Source of the DNA: Deltaproteobacteria bacterium
GTDB taxonomy: Bacteria > Myxococcota_A > Polyangia > JACPQR01
DNA length: 19,368 nucleotides
Reading direction: 5' to 3'
Assembly: GCA_016190375.1 (NCBI GenBank)
Contig: JACPQR010000219.1
Coordinates: forward strand, 1 to 19,368
A program made the position numbers and the translations under genes. Within the stretch, counting starts at the first letter, position 1. The number at the start of each line of letters is the position of its first letter. This document shows, piece after piece, positions 16,513 through 19,368 of this stretch. Under the pieces are notes generated by a model, which was given only the letters and a program-made list of their open reading frames with translations, was not told the origin of the DNA and made no database searches.

Positions 16513-17258
16513 GGATGATCGTCACGGCCTCGTTCGCGGTCCTGCTCGGCTGCACCGGAAGCCACATCGGCAATCCCCCGGCCCAGCTCACGCTCTCGGT
16601 GACCGGCTTCGACTCCGCCGCTCCCGGCGCCTTGACCCTGACGTCGGGTGTCGAGATCGACGACGCGTGGATCGGCCTGTCACGAATCAGGCTGCGAGCC
16701 GCCGAGGACTGCGACGCCACGGACGCGAGGACGGACCTGGAGGGTCCCATCGGAGCGGATCTGATCGAGCCGATGACGCTCCCCTCCGACCTCGCACTGG
16801 AGGTCGCGGCCACCGCGTACTGCCGGATCGAGCTCGACATCGCGAAGATCGACGCCGACGAGCTCCCGGGCGTTCCCGCCGACCTGGACGACAGGTCGGC
16901 GCTGGTCCGGGGCCGACGGGCCGACGGGGTCGCATTCGAGCTGGCCACGGACTTCAGCGACCGGTTCCGGCTCGAGGCCGGGGTTGAGCCGTTCGCCATC
17001 CCGGACGGCCAGTCGGGGCTCCTTCTCGCATTCGGCCTCGACGGGTGGATCGGGGCCGATCTGCTCGAGGAGGCCGATGTCGAGGAGCGTGACGGTGAGC
17101 CGTTCATCGAAATCGGCGACGGGGAGAATGACGAGATCGAGGACGCGTTCCGGGACGCCGTGCGGCAATCCGCTCGGCTGTTCCGGGACCTGGACCTGGA
17201 TGGAGAGCTGTCGGACGACGAGAGAGAGGACACCCTGGCGCTAGGAACGGACGACTAG
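16509..17258 (+). CDS. Acidic lipoprotein, paralogue A (unknown function)
   Basis: ATG 16509 overlaps the upstream stop (ATGA). Lipobox LLGCTG. Highly acidic C-terminus (DLDLDGELSDDERED). Shares blocks with the next gene (SRIRLRAAEDCD vs RHVELKLPDGIRCSD; PSDLALEVAATAYCRIELDI vs PDLSTARVPTGVYERVDYRIED). Confidence 0.6.
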   Translation: MRMIVTASFAVLLGCTGSHIGNPPAQLTLSVTGFDSAAPGALTLTSGVEIDDAWIGLSRIRLRAAEDCDATDARTDLEGPIGADLIEPMTLPSDLALEVAATAYCRIELDIAKIDADELPGVPADLDDRSALVRGRRADGVAFELATDFSDRFRLEAGVEPFAIPDGQSGLLLAFGLDGWIGADLLEEADVEERDGEPFIEIGDGENDEIEDAFRDAVRQSARLFRDLDLDGELSDDEREDTLALGTDD

Positions 17259-17303
17259 GGAGTCCGCGACAAGGCCGCCCGAGCGGCAGAAAGGAAGTCC
17301 ACC

Positions 17304-18074
17304 ATGAGGATCGGGCTTGCTATGGGAATCGTGTGTCTTCTGGGCGCCTGCGGCGGCGACGGCTCCGAACCCGAGGGCGGGGCCGGTGCCGGCTTCCGGG
17401 TCCAGGTCGTCCCGAACGAGGCTGGAGCGGGGCGTGAGGTCGTGACCTTCCAGGCGGACGACGGTACCTCGTTCACCGTCCTGGAGGCGCGCGCAGCCTT
17501 CCGGCACGTCGAGCTGAAGCTGCCGGACGGTATCCGCTGCTCCGATGTCGAGGTGGCCGACCCGCTTAGATGCGACGACGACGACGACGGCGAGAGAGAC
17601 GACGGCTCGAGCGCGAAGCTGGTCGTCGAGGGTCCCTTCGTGGTCGATCTGTTGACTGGCGAGACGACTCCCGATCTCTCCACGGCCCGAGTCCCCACCG
17701 GGGTCTACGAGCGGGTCGACTACCGCATCGAGGACGCCGATCCGGAGGACGGCGTCGTCGCCGCCTCCGATCCGCTGGCCGGCGTCAGCCTGGTCCTGAG
17801 AGCGACCTCCGATCGAGGCAGCCTCACGGTCCGGCTCCGCTTCAACGAGGACGTCCGCATCGAGGCGCCCGCCGGGATCGAGGTCGCGAGCGACGGCGCG
17901 CTCGTCGCCGCTCTGCGCCTGGACGCATGGTTCGATGATGTTCCCCTCTCCGAGTGCATCGAGGAGGCCGGTGGTGACGTGGTGATCGACGAGGACGCGA
18001 GCGGCGAGTGCGGCGATCTCGAGCCCGCGCTCAAGGACAACATCAAGAACAGCGGTCAGCTCCTTGGGGAGTAG
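17304..18074 (+). CDS. Acidic lipoprotein, paralogue B (unknown function)
   Basis: AAAGGAAG sits 7 nt upstream of ATG 17304. Lipobox LLGACGG. Poly-Asp stretch (CDDDDDGERDD). Similar to the preceding gene in domain order and several blocks. Confidence 0.6.
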   Translation: MRIGLAMGIVCLLGACGGDGSEPEGGAGAGFRVQVVPNEAGAGREVVTFQADDGTSFTVLEARAAFRHVELKLPDGIRCSDVEVADPLRCDDDDDGERDDGSSAKLVVEGPFVVDLLTGETTPDLSTARVPTGVYERVDYRIEDADPEDGVVAASDPLAGVSLVLRATSDRGSLTVRLRFNEDVRIEAPAGIEVASDGALVAALRLDAWFDDVPLSECIEEAGGDVVIDEDASGECGDLEPALKDNIKNSGQLLGE

Positions 18075-18145
18075 AGGGCCGAGGGTTCGGAGGGCGCGCG
18101 CCGCTTCCGTCGTATGCTGCTGGCATGGTGCTCCGAGGAGCGTCG

Positions 18146-19153
18146 ATGTCGCGGTTCGCCGGACTTCTCTGGACGGCAGCGAGCTGCGGGGCAGGCGAGC
18201 CGTCACCCGATCCGGGCGTCGATTCCGGCGGAGCCCCTCCCGACTCCGGGGACGTGCAGCCCGACGGGGCTCCAGGCGGGCTCGACGCGTCGATCGACGC
18301 GGAGGCGCCGGGGCGCGATTCCGGCGTGCCCTGCGAGGTCGACGGCGTTTCTGGCGAGTGCATCGACGTGTCCGACTGCACGGGCGACCGCTCGCCGACG
18401 CCCGGACACTGCCCGGGCCCGGCGGAGATCCAGTGCTGCACGCGGCGCTCGGGGGGCGAGTGCGACCCGGCCGCCCATCCCTTGCCCAACGAGGGTCTCG
18501 TCGAGGAGGAAGGGCAGGACGGCTGTCCCGGCGGGATGCTCCGTGTCGGCGAGTTCTGCATCGATCGCTTCGAGGCGTCCCTCGAGCTGGTCGAGCCCCC
18601 GGGCGCCGAGTCCTCCTGGTCGCCCTACTGGAATCCCGGCGAGGAGCGAGTCCGCGCGGTGTCGATCCGGGGCGCGGTGCCTCAGGCCTACGTCAGCGGA
18701 CGACAGGCCGGGAGCGCCTGCGAGGAGGCGGGCAAGCGCCTGTGCACGGACGACGAGTGGCTGCGTGCGTGTCAGGGGCCCGCTGGAGCCACCTACCCCT
18801 ATGGAGACGAGCGCGTCGACGGCGTGTGCAACGACTCGCGAGCGCAGCACCCGGCCGTCGAGTACTTCGGCACGGCCGAGGACTGGATCTGGTCCGAGCT
18901 CGACCATCCCTGCCTCGACCAGCTCCCGGAGTCGCTCGACCCCGCGGGCGAGAACGACGGATGCGTGACCGCCGAGGGCGCCTTCGACATGATGGGCAAC
19001 CTCCACGAGTGGACGGCGGATCCCGACGGCACGTTCCGCGGTGGTTTCTTCGTGGACACGGTCGTCAACGGCGAGGGCTGCCTGTATCGCACGACGGCCC
19101 ACGACTCGAGCTACTGGGACTACTCCACGGGCTTCCGCTGCTGCGTGGATTGA
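18146..19153 (+). CDS. FGE-sulfatase (SUMF1/formylglycine-generating-enzyme-like) domain lipoprotein with an N-terminal Cys-rich module
   Basis: GAGGAG sits 7 nt upstream of ATG 18146. An alternative start is ATG 18125. Lipobox (WTAASCGAG). 8 Cys in the first ~90 aa. The C-terminal FGE-domain signature is present (GNLHEWTAD...RGG.F......C....R...YW....GFRCC). Confidence 0.82.
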   Translation: MSRFAGLLWTAASCGAGEPSPDPGVDSGGAPPDSGDVQPDGAPGGLDASIDAEAPGRDSGVPCEVDGVSGECIDVSDCTGDRSPTPGHCPGPAEIQCCTRRSGGECDPAAHPLPNEGLVEEEGQDGCPGGMLRVGEFCIDRFEASLELVEPPGAESSWSPYWNPGEERVRAVSIRGAVPQAYVSGRQAGSACEEAGKRLCTDDEWLRACQGPAGATYPYGDERVDGVCNDSRAQHPAVEYFGTAEDWIWSELDHPCLDQLPESLDPAGENDGCVTAEGAFDMMGNLHEWTADPDGTFRGGFFVDTVVNGEGCLYRTTAHDSSYWDYSTGFRCCVD

Positions 19154-19368
19154 CGATCCGCAGTCCCGCTCAGGGCTCCGGCACGACGAGCCCGCGGGTC
19201 CACGTGATCGCCGTGGACTCCGCGAGCTGTAGCTGAGGCCGCAGAGCGCGTCGGCCAGGCGCGCGATCGTCGCGGTAGACGGCTGGTCGAGCGCGATGTC
19301 GCCGTGAAGCCCCCGCTCGAGGGCGTGGTCGCACGCGGCCGCGTCGAGGCTCCGCACGCGGTCGAGCA

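Noticed and set aside
18203-19357. 384-aa minus-strand ORF running off the window end and covering the whole FGE-domain gene
   Set aside because: The FGE gene on the plus strand has an unmistakable domain signature. The antisense ORF is Arg/Ala/Gly-rich. The 19154-19368 tail may hold the start or end of a further gene, but nothing supportable is visible in 215 nt.
1-19368. Search for tRNA, rRNA, integrase, transposase or CRISPR-cas genes
   Set aside because: No T-loop (GTTCGAATC-type) cloverleaf candidates were found. No recombinase-like ORFs were found. No spacer-repeat arrays were found. The island-like character rests only on TA modules, gene remnants and repeats.

Overview
This is a very GC-rich (~70%+) bacterial window. 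The gene content (a protein that looks like the TIGR02147/DUF4423 family, many lipoproteins, an FGE-domain protein) suggests Myxococcota or a similar lineage.

Bases 1-4279 hold a core menaquinone operon, menB-menA-menC/menE. The menC and menE domains lie in one uninterrupted reading frame.

Downstream (4280-12600) is an accessory-looking, rearranged region:
- a frameshifted nucleotidyltransferase (MNT-type) remnant;
- a DUF1778/GNAT (TacA/TacT-like) toxin-antitoxin pair;
- a small unknown gene translationally coupled to an orphan FecR-domain/TPR protein;
- a TAP-like alpha/beta hydrolase that looks 5'-truncated and abuts the FecR gene head-to-head;
- a type-B carboxylesterase lipoprotein and a further lipoprotein;
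- a VapBC pair and a small lipoprotein.

From 12600 to 15111 a flotillin-like SPFH gene is bracketed by an exact 31-bp direct repeat. One copy of the repeat lies inside the coding 3' end of a large secreted lipoprotein that carries an (Asp-Ala)n hexanucleotide repeat.

An AT-rich divergent control region (15112-15660) with dyad elements precedes a tightly coupled four-gene plus-strand operon (15661-19153). The operon encodes a TIGR02147/DUF4423-like putative HTH protein, two paralogous acidic lipoproteins, and an FGE-sulfatase-domain (SUMF1-like) lipoprotein. It is the best candidate for an uncharacterised envelope-associated system.

The many long ORFs antisense to these genes are high-GC artefacts. 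No tRNA, rRNA or CRISPR array was seen.
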